From assembly GCA_019351975.1 (NCBI GenBank), contig JABBOG010000015.1, positions 1,203 to 65,202 of the forward strand: a DNA stretch of 64,000 bases, in the 5' to 3' direction. Every line of letters begins with the position of its first letter. Position 1 is the stretch's first letter. This DNA is from Acidobacteriota bacterium (GTDB lineage Bacteria > Acidobacteriota > Terriglobia > Terriglobales > Acidobacteriaceae). Positions 18,397-28,734 of this stretch are shown piece by piece. The notes beneath the pieces were generated by a model. The model ran no database searches and was not told the origin of the DNA. It worked only from the letters and a program-made list of their open reading frames with translations. The position numbers and the translations under genes were made by a program.

Positions 18397-19749
18397 TTAA
18401 CGCGTCTCGCTGACCGACCCCTCTGGAAGGCACTCTGAAGAAAGCCATGGATCTTCCACTTTCGTTGGGACCTTGACGGCGCGTGCATCCATTGCGCCGA
18501 TACTTCTTCGCCTAAAGCGCCCGAATAGTCCTTTGCCTGCAATCTGGCGCTTCATCTGGTGCAACTCGAACCAGCGCAGATAGTTCCTCGCCACCGTTGC
18601 CATCGTCATCTGCACGCCCGCCGAGTAGTTATAGTCTGACATCTGGCGCTGCATCTCAGGGGACTCCAGGATGGCACAGATCTTCCCTGCAAGGTCCTCG
18701 ATATCGCCACGTTTGTAAAATGAAATTGCCATGTCGTCGTCGGCTGCCATGCATCGAAAGTCGGCAATGTCGGCACAAACGATTGGAATACCATACTCGC
18801 ATGCTTGATGGGCAGGACCGCTGGAACCAGTGGAAGAGTCGTAGGGCATTACGAGTAACGAGCTCGTGCTAAACAACTTTGGAACGTCTTTCTGCTGCAC
18901 ATATCCAAGGAATTCGATGGGAAGATTTGCTGGTTGAGCATCGCGAATCGACTCCCAATACCCTGGCGCAGCCGAATGATTTCCTCCCGCGACAATCAAT
19001 CGCGCGTTTGGAAACCGCTTCAGGATAAGCGGGAAGGCCTCCATGAGTGCCTCGAGCCGCTTGTACGTACCCCAGTTGCCAAAGGCCAGAATTCGCATAT
19101 CAGGATTTCCGCGCTTGCTCAAATCCGGTGGACTTGAGATAGTTGCAAACGTTCCGTGCGTGCCCACCAGAATATTCTGCGCGGCGTATTTTGTCTTCAA
19201 CGTGCGGCGATAATCAGAGAGCAGCACCGAGACCGAATTCGCCTTCAGCAGCGACCACGTTGCTAAATCGGTGCCCTTCCTGTAAAGTCGCTCGCGCGGA
19301 ACACCAGCACTCGCAAAATCAACATGCTCGATAATGTGGTGCAGCGTTATGTGTGTATAAAAACCGGCAGCGCGTGTGAGCGCCGGGGCCGACAGGCCTG
19401 CAAACGCAGCAACAGGGCTCTCAGGAGATCCGAAGCTTGAGAAGACGAGGTTGTACCACACCACGTCTGGCTTCAATTGGCGAATTGTGTTCAGCAAACG
19501 TATCGGAGTGGCAATGCTGCCGAACTTCCAACAACGGATGATTTTTACACCCGGAAGCTTGATCGAATGCTGCGGATCTACCGGCTTGCCAGCCGCATCC
19601 AGCGCCAACATCCCTTCCTCCAGCTCATCCGCAAGAATCGTCAGTTCCACTTCTTTGTGGCGCTGCAGCTCGCGGGCAATATGATACGAGTACTCGTTCA
19701 GCGGCCCTATGCTGGGAGGAAATGCAGCTACTAAGCAAATCTTAATCAT
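18397..19749 (-). CDS. Glycosyltransferase family 4 (GT-B)
   Basis: ILAFGNWGTYKRLEAL, FLGYV, LVMPY...SGPAHQACEYGIPIVCAD typical of Glycos_transf_1. Confidence 0.9.
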   Translation of the reverse strand: MIKICLVAAFPPSIGPLNEYSYHIARELQRHKEVELTILADELEEGMLALDAAGKPVDPQHSIKLPGVKIIRCWKFGSIATPIRLLNTIRQLKPDVVWYNLVFSSFGSPESPVAAFAGLSAPALTRAAGFYTHITLHHIIEHVDFASAGVPRERLYRKGTDLATWSLLKANSVSVLLSDYRRTLKTKYAAQNILVGTHGTFATISSPPDLSKRGNPDMRILAFGNWGTYKRLEALMEAFPLILKRFPNARLIVAGGNHSAAPGYWESIRDAQPANLPIEFLGYVQQKDVPKLFSTSSLLVMPYDSSTGSSGPAHQACEYGIPIVCADIADFRCMAADDDMAISFYKRGDIEDLAGKICAILESPEMQRQMSDYNYSAGVQMTMATVARNYLRWFELHQMKRQIAGKGLFGRFRRRSIGAMDARAVKVPTKVEDPWLSSECLPEGSVSETR

Positions 19750-19887
19750 AATGTTATTATGATGCGTTCTAAGTAGGATTGATATCTATATCTGCTGATT
19801 TATCTTTGAAGATTTGCACTGTAATTGCAGCGTTTCAATCCACTAGAAGATCGACACTAAGCTCACCCCAAGGCATAAGAACACTGG

Positions 19888-22800
19888 TTAGAAGATAGTG
19901 ATGCTTACATACGGAATGAACTTCTGGTTCGGATATTTCTGCGTACTTTGAAAGTTGATAAAGGTTTCTTCCTGTAAGCCCGCAGAAAACTTGAGTGGAT
20001 ACTTCAAGCGTGTCTTTCCGGAGGTATCATCGAAATCGCGGTGAATCGGATGCGTGTATGATACCGCGAAGCCATTCTGAAGCATGTCGTAGACATGGAA
20101 GCTGCGCGTACTCTCATAGGAGCTAGTCGCCTGAAAGTCCCAGCTTGCATTAGGCGAGAAATCAATGGTGCCTGCTGGCCGGATGGCTTGAGAGATACCT
20201 GAGTATTCAGGGAAGGGTGGATTCGCAACGGCTGGCGGAACGGGCGCGAACGAGACAAGCCTCCAGGCGCGCACATCATCCATAACCGCTTCTGCGCTAA
20301 ACTTGGGTCCGAACCGGTGCGTTAGCCCTATGTAAGAGGTCGTAAAGTAATCTTCGTTGTTGCCCAATTGTACCGACGGGAACTTCTGATCATTAATGTT
20401 CCAGCCTGTAATCAACGCAGTCTTCGACCATGGAGCTCCAACACGGAAATTGATTTCGCCAACGAGGTACTTCCCATAGATTGGCGTCTCGGTAAACGGT
20501 CCGAATTCATACGTAAAGAAGCCGTTTGCCGATACCGCGTTGAAGAAGGATGTCGTTGTGAAATAGGTGAACACCCGAAACATGTTTTCGTTGAGTTGCA
20601 CAGGTGACAGCGAGTCCCGTTGTAGTGTTCCCTGAATGCCGCTGTTCAACGTAATGAGATTGGAGCCGACATGAAATGACGGATCGAGTCCAAAGTTAAA
20701 GATGTAGTCGGTTGTATTGCGATTCTGAACGGTGTGTGTCGCAGGTACCGAGATAGCACCTTGCGAATTTCTCACTTGGAAGAAGCCACTGTTCGTCGGG
20801 AACTTCGCGAAATGCAGATGAAATGCATTGATTGAATCTGTCTCGATGGAAGATCGGGGAGGCGGTAGCTGGCTGAAATTTGTACTCGCTACAGGTGACG
20901 GGCCTGTGAATGTGGTACCGGCATCGAGTTTGGCATCAAGCACATACACTGTGCTGTCTTCGAAGATGGGCTGAACAATAACGTTTGCTAGAAAGCTGAA
21001 GTGAGGTGTAACACGCAACCCCTCGTTGGCCCCTGCTGCAAGGAGCTGAAGCTCCGCGGTCTGATCTTCACCCGAGTCAGTCGAAGCTTGTGCGAACGTA
21101 GAAAGCGCCTCTGTTCCATGATGTTCCTGCTGCGCTACTGCGGCCTCCGCCAACAAGAATTCGTAGTCTCCCTCGTTGTCGTCCGTCTGTTTTACAGCAG
21201 CAAGTTCAGCAGCAGCCCGCGTTGTCTCTCCCAACGCTAGATAACTGTTTGCAAGCGCGATGCGCACCGACGTGTCGGGTGCGCCTGCCTCCTGTGCGCG
21301 CTGGAGATATTTCTCCGATAGCTCATACTCGTGCAACTGCTGCAGGATTCCGGCAGCCTGGATGTCCTGCTCACCGGTTGGAGGAGCTGTATCTCCGGCG
21401 TCCGCCTCCATCTGCGCCAACGCTATCTGCCGTTCAGCATCCGAGGTCTGCCCCTGCTGTGCCATAAGTCCGGCAATGGCGTAGCGAACACTCACACGGT
21501 TACCGTCAGGAACAGCCAGGGCCCTGCTGAAACGGTCCATCGCCGCCTTTTGGTCGCCGAGCGTGCTTAGTGCCTCACCCGTCGCTACATAGATGTCGCT
21601 CAGCGTCGCTTTGTCGGTGTCACTCTTTGAAACCGATTGTTCTGTTTGGGTCGCAACAGTCCTTTGCGGTGAAGCCGGCTTCTGCTGTGCATACGTTTCA
21701 GCAAGTTGAATGTCATGCAACGTCTGCTCGCGGTTCTTTAGATTAGCGTTAGAGCGTGCCATCAGCGCATAAACCGAAGCATCTTCCGGCAAATACGTTG
21801 CAGCGTCGTTCAACTCATCCAGAGCGTCGTGATATCTGCGTTCGGCGAAGAAAATGTTGCCGAGTGCCAGGTACAAAGATCCATCCTTTGGATCAAACTT
21901 CAGAGCAGCCCTGTACTCTTCTGCCGACTTTGTAAGCATACCTTCGCGTCCATAGGCAGTCGCGCGGATCGTATGAACCAACTCCGAATCTCCACCGATA
22001 GCCTCGGCGATTCTTGTCTCCCGTATGGCCTCTTGAAGATGATTCATATTTAGTGATGCAAACGCCAGCCCCATATGGGCTTCAAGATTCTTCGGTTCGC
22101 GCTTCAAAGCCTGCTCGAAGTCTGCTGCTGCTTCCTTGGGCTGGTGCAGGTCGTCAAGCAAATAACCACGATTGGTATACGCCGTGACTACATTGGGGTC
22201 GCGACGTAATGCCTCAGTAAATGCTGCAACTGATTTCTCTAAGTCGCCATCATGCTTGTAGACATAACCTGCAAGCATTGGAATATCAGGATCTTTAGGA
22301 AAGGTATCTTCATACTTCGTCGTCAAGTCTTTGAGCTGCGTGAACTCATCCAAATGTAAAAAGTCATATCCCAGATAAACTACGACATCTCGCTCGTTGG
22401 GCAGAAGTTTGATTGCCTCCTCACCGTAGGTCGCAGACCGTCTACTATCGCCCTGAAAGCTAAAATAGCGTTCCTGCTCACTCAATACCTGCGGTACTGA
22501 TTCCATCTTTGGCGTAACCCGCTCCTGCCATACGGCAGCAAGTTTCAGGTCGTGCGACTCGATACCCGCGTTCATTCCACCAGCTACCAGTAACGCCTGT
22601 TGCGGTGCAAGTGCATAGCCGCGGCTGTACGCTCTTTCTGCCTTATCGTATTGCGCGCGCGCCGTGTATAAGTCACCAAGCGCAAGGTACGGTATATATG
22701 ACTTAGAGTAATCTGCAGCTAGCTCCGTGAAATACTTCTCCGCGGCTGCATCATCACCTACAGCCCTGGACGCATATCCAAGCGATGTCAGCGCAGATTG

Positions 22801-24237
22801 GCTCTTCGGTTGAAGTGCAAGAGCTTTTTTGAAATCGACAATAGCTTCCGTCGTATGACCCATTTTCATTAATAGGTCGCCGTCCAACTGGAGACTATTC
22901 GGATCATTCGGATTGATCGCTAACGCTTCTTTCATGTCGGTCAACGCCGCATCTAACTGCCCTGCATCCATCCGGATCAACGCCCGAAGCCTTAAGAACT
23001 CCGCACGATTCGGTCCGCGCACATCTAGTGCCGCGATCTGCGACTCAGCGAGGGTAAGTTGTTGATGTGAGGCATCCGGGTCATCCAACCCTTGATACAG
23101 AGCGACCAGATTCATGCGCAATTGAATCGGATAAAGATTGCCCTCAACCGGCGACGCTGGAAGATTCGAGATCGCTGCCGTGTACTCCTTCACGGCTTCC
23201 TCGTTGCGGTCTTCCAACTGTGCAACTTCAGCGCGAATCGCATGCAAGCGATAGTAGTTTGCGTCAATTGCCGAGGCGCGCGCTAGAAATCGATCCGCGC
23301 GCTCGATCGCACCGATTGCAACCTGCGATTGTGCCGCCGAAAGTTGCAGTCCAAGATCCTTCGGCATGGCATCCGCTGCGAGCACATAGTAGTGCGCCGA
23401 ATCTTCAAGCTTTCCATCCAATGCGTACGTGTAGCCCAGTTCGGCCAACACGTCTGGACGGGGATTCCGAATCGTGTTCAGTGCATCGACGGCCTTTTGA
23501 TACTCGCCGGTCTCGCGATAAAACTCAGCCAATGAGCGCTCAATGTCTGGATTGTTAGGCGCCTTGCTCTTAGCCAGAGCCAGGTAATGGCTCGCCTGGT
23601 CCATTTGCTTGAGGTGTTCGTATGCCACAGCCAGCAATAACTCGGTCTGTGCCGTCGGGTCGATGCGCTCAGCACGGTTCAGCCACTCGATGGCCCCAGT
23701 GTAATCGCCCGAACGAACATATAAATTTCCCAGGGCCGCGAGATCATTCGCGCGTCCCGGATCTGCAGCGATCACCTGCTTGAACAACCTGACCGCTTCA
23801 TCTGTCCTGCCCATCATGCCATAGGTCTGAGCCAACCCTGACACGCCATCAATCGACGATGGCTTGAGATGAAGACCTCGCTGATATCCATCGATAGCAG
23901 CTCCGTACTTGCCGTCCAGGCGCGCAGCGTATCCCAGAAGAAACCACAACTGCGGATCGTTCGGCGCAGCTTTCGCAGCCCGCTCCGCGTAATCCAGCGC
24001 AACCGCATGATCTCCGCGCTGTAACGCCAGCTCGGCTGCCCTTGCCAGGCGCGCGTTCTGAATACTCGATCCCCAACCAAGCGGCTGGTCCGAAGACTGG
24101 CTTTGATTCGGCTGTGCAGGGTTAGCAGCGCCTCCCGACCCCAATTGATAGGTCTGGGACAGACCCGAGCCTGCAAACAAGAGCACCACACCCAAAATTG
24201 AGCACGAGATTTTTAAACAGTTAGATCGAACTATCAA
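19888..24237 (-). CDS. Giant TPR protein with probable C-terminal outer-membrane beta-barrel (BcsC/PgaA/PelB-like architecture)
   Basis: Signal peptide, about 1000 aa of continuous TPR repeats, about 380 aa aromatic alternating beta-strand region ending IPYVSITIF; TTG start. Confidence 0.85.
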   Translation of the reverse strand: MIVRSNCLKISCSILGVVLLFAGSGLSQTYQLGSGGAANPAQPNQSQSSDQPLGWGSSIQNARLARAAELALQRGDHAVALDYAERAAKAAPNDPQLWFLLGYAARLDGKYGAAIDGYQRGLHLKPSSIDGVSGLAQTYGMMGRTDEAVRLFKQVIAADPGRANDLAALGNLYVRSGDYTGAIEWLNRAERIDPTAQTELLLAVAYEHLKQMDQASHYLALAKSKAPNNPDIERSLAEFYRETGEYQKAVDALNTIRNPRPDVLAELGYTYALDGKLEDSAHYYVLAADAMPKDLGLQLSAAQSQVAIGAIERADRFLARASAIDANYYRLHAIRAEVAQLEDRNEEAVKEYTAAISNLPASPVEGNLYPIQLRMNLVALYQGLDDPDASHQQLTLAESQIAALDVRGPNRAEFLRLRALIRMDAGQLDAALTDMKEALAINPNDPNSLQLDGDLLMKMGHTTEAIVDFKKALALQPKSQSALTSLGYASRAVGDDAAAEKYFTELAADYSKSYIPYLALGDLYTARAQYDKAERAYSRGYALAPQQALLVAGGMNAGIESHDLKLAAVWQERVTPKMESVPQVLSEQERYFSFQGDSRRSATYGEEAIKLLPNERDVVVYLGYDFLHLDEFTQLKDLTTKYEDTFPKDPDIPMLAGYVYKHDGDLEKSVAAFTEALRRDPNVVTAYTNRGYLLDDLHQPKEAAADFEQALKREPKNLEAHMGLAFASLNMNHLQEAIRETRIAEAIGGDSELVHTIRATAYGREGMLTKSAEEYRAALKFDPKDGSLYLALGNIFFAERRYHDALDELNDAATYLPEDASVYALMARSNANLKNREQTLHDIQLAETYAQQKPASPQRTVATQTEQSVSKSDTDKATLSDIYVATGEALSTLGDQKAAMDRFSRALAVPDGNRVSVRYAIAGLMAQQGQTSDAERQIALAQMEADAGDTAPPTGEQDIQAAGILQQLHEYELSEKYLQRAQEAGAPDTSVRIALANSYLALGETTRAAAELAAVKQTDDNEGDYEFLLAEAAVAQQEHHGTEALSTFAQASTDSGEDQTAELQLLAAGANEGLRVTPHFSFLANVIVQPIFEDSTVYVLDAKLDAGTTFTGPSPVASTNFSQLPPPRSSIETDSINAFHLHFAKFPTNSGFFQVRNSQGAISVPATHTVQNRNTTDYIFNFGLDPSFHVGSNLITLNSGIQGTLQRDSLSPVQLNENMFRVFTYFTTTSFFNAVSANGFFTYEFGPFTETPIYGKYLVGEINFRVGAPWSKTALITGWNINDQKFPSVQLGNNEDYFTTSYIGLTHRFGPKFSAEAVMDDVRAWRLVSFAPVPPAVANPPFPEYSGISQAIRPAGTIDFSPNASWDFQATSSYESTRSFHVYDMLQNGFAVSYTHPIHRDFDDTSGKTRLKYPLKFSAGLQEETFINFQSTQKYPNQKFIPYVSITIF

Positions 24238-24356
24238 GGGTCACCGAACTTATATCGAGTATATAGATACTTTAGACTCAAAATTGGTAAAGAATGTCTC
24301 CTGCGATTCGATAGATTTATCCTAGATTGCTGTCCTATTTTGCGCGGTGATACATC

Positions 24357-24372
24357 GTCTACAATTGTGGAC
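24357..24372. promoter_or_regulatory. Near-perfect 16-bp palindrome in the divergent promoter region
   Basis: GTCTACAATTGTGGAC, 7 of 8 pairs. Confidence 0.35.
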
Positions 24373-24441
24373 AACAGGTCATCAAAGTTCATGCATCTCA
24401 GTGATTCTGACCAAGAGGATACTTTGCAAACATCTGCGTCC

Positions 24442-26199
24442 ATGGCACCGTCGTCGAAACCGATACCTTTGACCTATATCCTGCTGGCGGCGGTGGCAAT
24501 CCATCTCCCCCTGATGCTGATGCAGCTACCTCTGAAATCGTACGACACGAACTTCCACATCTTTTTCGCCTCTCACTACGTTCACCACTGGTTCGATCCC
24601 TGGAACACGAAGTGGTTTGCTGGATTCTCGCAGACAACCTACCCTCCAATGCCACAGCAGTGGGTGGCTCTGCTCTCCTGGATTCTGGGTCTCAACATGG
24701 CCTACATGGCGGTTCAACTGGCTGCCATTCTCCTGTTAGTTGTTGGCATGTATCGGTTTGCTCGGCTTTGGGTAGGCCCGCGAGCAGCCTCGTTCGCCGC
24801 CCTTGCAACGGTCCTCCTGGGGTCTGAGAGCTTTCTGGTTTATTCCGCGGGCCAGCTAAGCACGACGGTAGCCGCGCCGCTCTATCTGAACGCCCTTCCC
24901 TTCTTCTTCGATTGGCTCAGATACGGCAACTGGCGGTCATTCCTCAAAGCTGCCGTCCTCCTCGTCGCAGCAGCCGCCGCTCATCACGCAACCTTACTCT
25001 TCGGATCGGCCTTCTTCGCCCTCCCAGTCGTCGCGCTGGTATTGTTCGATTCGAAGGAGGACGCTGAGTCACCGGCTACATCGACCAGCGCACTCGTGAT
25101 ACGCCTCGTCAGCATCGCGGTTGTCGTAGGTCTCGCTATCGCAGTCACGCTGCTTCCTTACTGGATCGGCCTGATTCGCTACCCAATCACGCAGACACCG
25201 ATTCCGCACGCAAGTCGCGCAAATTATTTACTCAGCCCTGAGATCGGAATCAATTACTTTATAGTTCCGTATGGTGCCTTGATTCTCGCGCTCCCGTTTG
25301 TAGTCATTCGCGGTGCAAGGATACCCCGCCTGCGTCCCCTTCTTCTAGGGTTTTGGCTCTGCTTCCTCGTTGGCCTTGGCGGTACAACGCAGGTAGGCAG
25401 TATCCTGCTTGGCCGCGCCTTTGAGGTGCTCACCTTCGAACGGTTCAGCTATTGGGCGACGCTGCTTGCTCTGCCCATCGTTGGGCTCATCATCTCCGAA
25501 GCGATCAACCGCTTCCGGTTGAAGGCAGTCATACCCATCGCTTTAGTGGCAGCCTCCGGTTGCGCCCTCGCTATGGCGTGGTCCACGATTCACCCACCAG
25601 ATGCTGCCAACTTCGACGTGACCAACGTCGCCCTTTGGCTCAATCGGGACGGCCATGACAAATATCGATATGTGACCTTGGGATTCGGTAGTAAGCTGTC
25701 GCGTCTGGCTATATTGACGGATGCCGATAGCGTCGATGGCGAATCAAACTCTTCCCGTATGCTTCCCGAACTCACGAAGTATGGTGGGGCTGCACTTACA
25801 AGCTCGAAATATTTCGCCAAACCTGGCCTCGATTCTCTGCGAGCCATTCTGAACCACGCGGATCGCTACGGACTGAAATGGGTTCTCGTCAAAGACTCCT
25901 ACTACGACCCGCTACTGTATTTCGCGGGCTGGCGGCCGGTGGATCAACTCGACGACAAGACCATCACCATCTGGGGTAAAGATGGAGTTCCACCTGCCGT
26001 TCCAATGAACGCCGCACAGAAACCTGCTGCATGGCAAGGACTTCTGTGGGGTACTCTCCCCATCGGCTTCAGCTTCCTGGCAATCCTCGTAATCTTCATC
26101 CCAGAGCGTCGACCTCGCGGGTTCCGCGACGATGTCACACGCGAGGATTACGCTGGCTCCTTCAATGACCCAGCGGTTTCAGGGGAGGTGATTTCGTGA
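24442..26199 (+). CDS. Polytopic membrane protein, GT-C superfamily (PTPS-related/YfhO-like glycosyltransferase)
   Basis: First loop YDTNFHIFF...W.PWNTKWFAG...YPP; about 11 hydrophobic segments, periplasmic domain, final TM helix; start 24442 or 24340. Confidence 0.75.
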   Translation: MAPSSKPIPLTYILLAAVAIHLPLMLMQLPLKSYDTNFHIFFASHYVHHWFDPWNTKWFAGFSQTTYPPMPQQWVALLSWILGLNMAYMAVQLAAILLLVVGMYRFARLWVGPRAASFAALATVLLGSESFLVYSAGQLSTTVAAPLYLNALPFFFDWLRYGNWRSFLKAAVLLVAAAAAHHATLLFGSAFFALPVVALVLFDSKEDAESPATSTSALVIRLVSIAVVVGLAIAVTLLPYWIGLIRYPITQTPIPHASRANYLLSPEIGINYFIVPYGALILALPFVVIRGARIPRLRPLLLGFWLCFLVGLGGTTQVGSILLGRAFEVLTFERFSYWATLLALPIVGLIISEAINRFRLKAVIPIALVAASGCALAMAWSTIHPPDAANFDVTNVALWLNRDGHDKYRYVTLGFGSKLSRLAILTDADSVDGESNSSRMLPELTKYGGAALTSSKYFAKPGLDSLRAILNHADRYGLKWVLVKDSYYDPLLYFAGWRPVDQLDDKTITIWGKDGVPPAVPMNAAQKPAAWQGLLWGTLPIGFSFLAILVIFIPERRPRGFRDDVTREDYAGSFNDPAVSGEVIS

Positions 26200-27329
26200 A
26201 CAAAGGCACCCTACTCGCTCTATCGATAACAGTCCTAACCATTCTTCTCATTGCTAGCGGTACCATCTGGCCCGTGCCCGCTGCCGTCGCCTTCGCGGGA
26301 GGAGCAAAAAAGGATATGATCGGAGCCTCATCCACACCCCAACGCGCGGTGGACGATCTTGGAACCGAGATCCGTCTGCGTGACTGGAACAAGGCATATT
26401 CAAGCCTCGCGAACAAGGCTGAATTTACACAGGATCAGTTCCTTCACGACCTGTCAGGACATTCTCTCAGCTTGCGCACCTATGCAACATTGGATGGCTT
26501 CGAAGTTCAACCACTCCATCAATCGGCAGACGCCGCCGAAGTCAACATGAAACTACGCTGGTCCACCGTCGTTGGAACCTTTGTAGACACGCGCGATCTG
26601 CACGTCGTCAAAACCTCCGGCCATTGGGCGGTGGAGTGGCCCATCGTCCAGGAGCAGCACGTTCCGCCACAAGTCATTGCGGTAAACTACCTGCGCTGGG
26701 ATGTTATCTCCAGCGGCTCCGGCGATGATTGGGGAGCACAGGACGTTGAGTCTCCCCACGTTCGCATCGTCGACATGCACCCAGTCAATCGCGCCGACGG
26801 CGTTGTTATCTTAGGCGAACTGCTCAATGAGGACATCATTCCTGCGTACGTCTCTGTGCGCGCAGCCCTAGTCGGAAAAAATGGTGCTACGTTAGACAGC
26901 GAAGGCAGCTTCGACATGATCGACCATACGCTGCTTCCCAAACAGGTAACTCCCTTTGTTATCAACTTTCCGGGGATTGACTTGACGCAAGTGGCCAGCA
27001 TCCGTATGGATCCGGTCTCGGTTCTCGTATCCGCCTCTGCCGACCCGGTCGTGGAAGTCCAAAACCAGACTTACAATCCCGCGCCGAACGCCTCACTCAC
27101 CGGTCAATTGTCGAATCAAAGCGGTCAGACCGTCAATGTCGCGCACGTGATCTCGTCTTTCTACGATAAAAATGGCCAGCTGGTCTGGGTCGCCGGTCAA
27201 TATATTGACCGAGCGCTGCATCCCCAGACGCCTGTTCCCTTCCGCATTCCTGTCCCTGAAGACCTGGCAAAAAATATCAACAGTGAACGCACAGTTATCG
27301 CGACCTATAGCACCGGGAGTTCCCTGTGA
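26196..27329 (+). CDS. Exported protein: NTF2-like N-domain plus two FxLYD-like domains
   Basis: N-terminal TM/signal; HWAVEWP; GELLNE...LVGKNG and GQLSNQSG...FYDKNGQLV; GTGA overlap with upstream stop. Confidence 0.7.
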   Translation: MNKGTLLALSITVLTILLIASGTIWPVPAAVAFAGGAKKDMIGASSTPQRAVDDLGTEIRLRDWNKAYSSLANKAEFTQDQFLHDLSGHSLSLRTYATLDGFEVQPLHQSADAAEVNMKLRWSTVVGTFVDTRDLHVVKTSGHWAVEWPIVQEQHVPPQVIAVNYLRWDVISSGSGDDWGAQDVESPHVRIVDMHPVNRADGVVILGELLNEDIIPAYVSVRAALVGKNGATLDSEGSFDMIDHTLLPKQVTPFVINFPGIDLTQVASIRMDPVSVLVSASADPVVEVQNQTYNPAPNASLTGQLSNQSGQTVNVAHVISSFYDKNGQLVWVAGQYIDRALHPQTPVPFRIPVPEDLAKNINSERTVIATYSTGSSL

Positions 27330-28198
27330 AGGTGGTTTTAGCATCCCTTATCGCTGTCTTGGCTGTGCTGCCAACTTCAGCGCGCAGCCAGTCAGGGTCT
27401 ATGACACTGCCTCCTAGCGTCCCTGCAGGAAGCGCGTTTTCCATCCCCACCTCAGGCAATGGAGATGGTTACTTGTACATCGTGGGCCCAACTCAGGCAA
27501 TCAAACAGTCAGTACACCTCGGCAACCCTATCTCATTCTCCGCCGGAGATCTCTATAGTGCGGGGGCGTATCTGGCCATCCTCGTCACAGGATCCTCGAC
27601 GGAAACGCAACAACTCGTCGTCACACCCGCCGACAAAACCTCGACGCTGGGCTTTATCGCGAAACCTTCACGTCTTCCCGTCGGGCTTCACAACGGTATT
27701 AGCGGCACCGTCTACCTATTTGATGCCTATCACAACCTGATTCTCCAACCTACGCCCGTTACCCTTCAACTCTCGAACGCCACAGGTGTGGTTCAAAGCC
27801 GCACAGTCGAGACGAGGAACGGATTAGCCTGGTCCGAGATGGATTCCTCCGCCAAGGAAGGCGCAGCGAAGTTCATCGCAAAGGTGGGCGACGTTACGAG
27901 CACTCGCATCATTGAGCAGGTTCCGGGCGACCCTTGCTCCATCTCCATTACCGCCCAACCTGACGGCGGTAAAGTCAAGGTCCAGACAGCCCCGATCCAC
28001 GATTGCAGCGGCAATGCAATCCCGGATGGAACGATCGTCACCTTCACTGAGACGATCGGAGATAAGCAATCCACCGTGGACGTCCCCCTCAAACAAGGCA
28101 TCGCTCGAGTTGATATGCCCGCGTATAAAGGCTCAAAGATATCCGTCGCAAGCGGGGTGGTCGCTGGGAACGAAATTTTGTGGGAGGGTGGCCGATGA
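27326..28198 (+). CDS. Exported Ig-like (Big_1/invasin-like) protein
   Basis: Signal peptide; DAYHNLI and DCSGNAIPDGTIVTF Big_1-like motifs; GTGA overlap. Confidence 0.7.
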   Translation: MKVVLASLIAVLAVLPTSARSQSGSMTLPPSVPAGSAFSIPTSGNGDGYLYIVGPTQAIKQSVHLGNPISFSAGDLYSAGAYLAILVTGSSTETQQLVVTPADKTSTLGFIAKPSRLPVGLHNGISGTVYLFDAYHNLILQPTPVTLQLSNATGVVQSRTVETRNGLAWSEMDSSAKEGAAKFIAKVGDVTSTRIIEQVPGDPCSISITAQPDGGKVKVQTAPIHDCSGNAIPDGTIVTFTETIGDKQSTVDVPLKQGIARVDMPAYKGSKISVASGVVAGNEILWEGGR

Positions 28199-28698
28199 TG
28201 AATCGACTATTTGCCGCAAGTTTCGCTCTGACCGCTCCCTTCACCCTATTGGCAGCAGCACAACAGCCATCCGTTCGCGTCGAGCCACCACAGCTACAAG
28301 GCTCCCGTCCCGTAGAGAAGCAGACCGAAGTTTCGGTCATCCGTGATTATCTGCAATCCTGGAAGACATTGGATACAGCGCTCAACCAGAACGACGCATC
28401 GGCGCTGGATGCGAGTTTCGTTGGTACAGCCAGGGATAAACTCGCCAGCACGATAGAGGAACAGACAGCGCTCGGCCTGCATACGCGTTATACAGCAGAG
28501 TCACATGATCTCCAGATCGTTTTCTACTCCCCCGAAGGATCGTCCATTGAACTCATCGACACCGTCGAATACCATGAACAAGTGATGGATCACGACAAGG
28601 TTTTGGCGGATAAACCAATGCATCAACGGTTCGTGGTCGTTCTCACTCCGTCGCAGGTGAGTTGGAGAGTTCGCATCTTTCAGGCCTCGTCGCAGTAG
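28195..28698 (+). CDS. Exported hypothetical protein (possibly NTF2-like)
   Basis: Signal peptide; ATGA overlap with the previous stop; GGGAGG SD. Confidence 0.7.
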   Translation: MMNRLFAASFALTAPFTLLAAAQQPSVRVEPPQLQGSRPVEKQTEVSVIRDYLQSWKTLDTALNQNDASALDASFVGTARDKLASTIEEQTALGLHTRYTAESHDLQIVFYSPEGSSIELIDTVEYHEQVMDHDKVLADKPMHQRFVVVLTPSQVSWRVRIFQASSQ

Positions 28699-28734
28699 CG
28701 GTACACCAATCGCACCCGCACGACACAACCAGGT

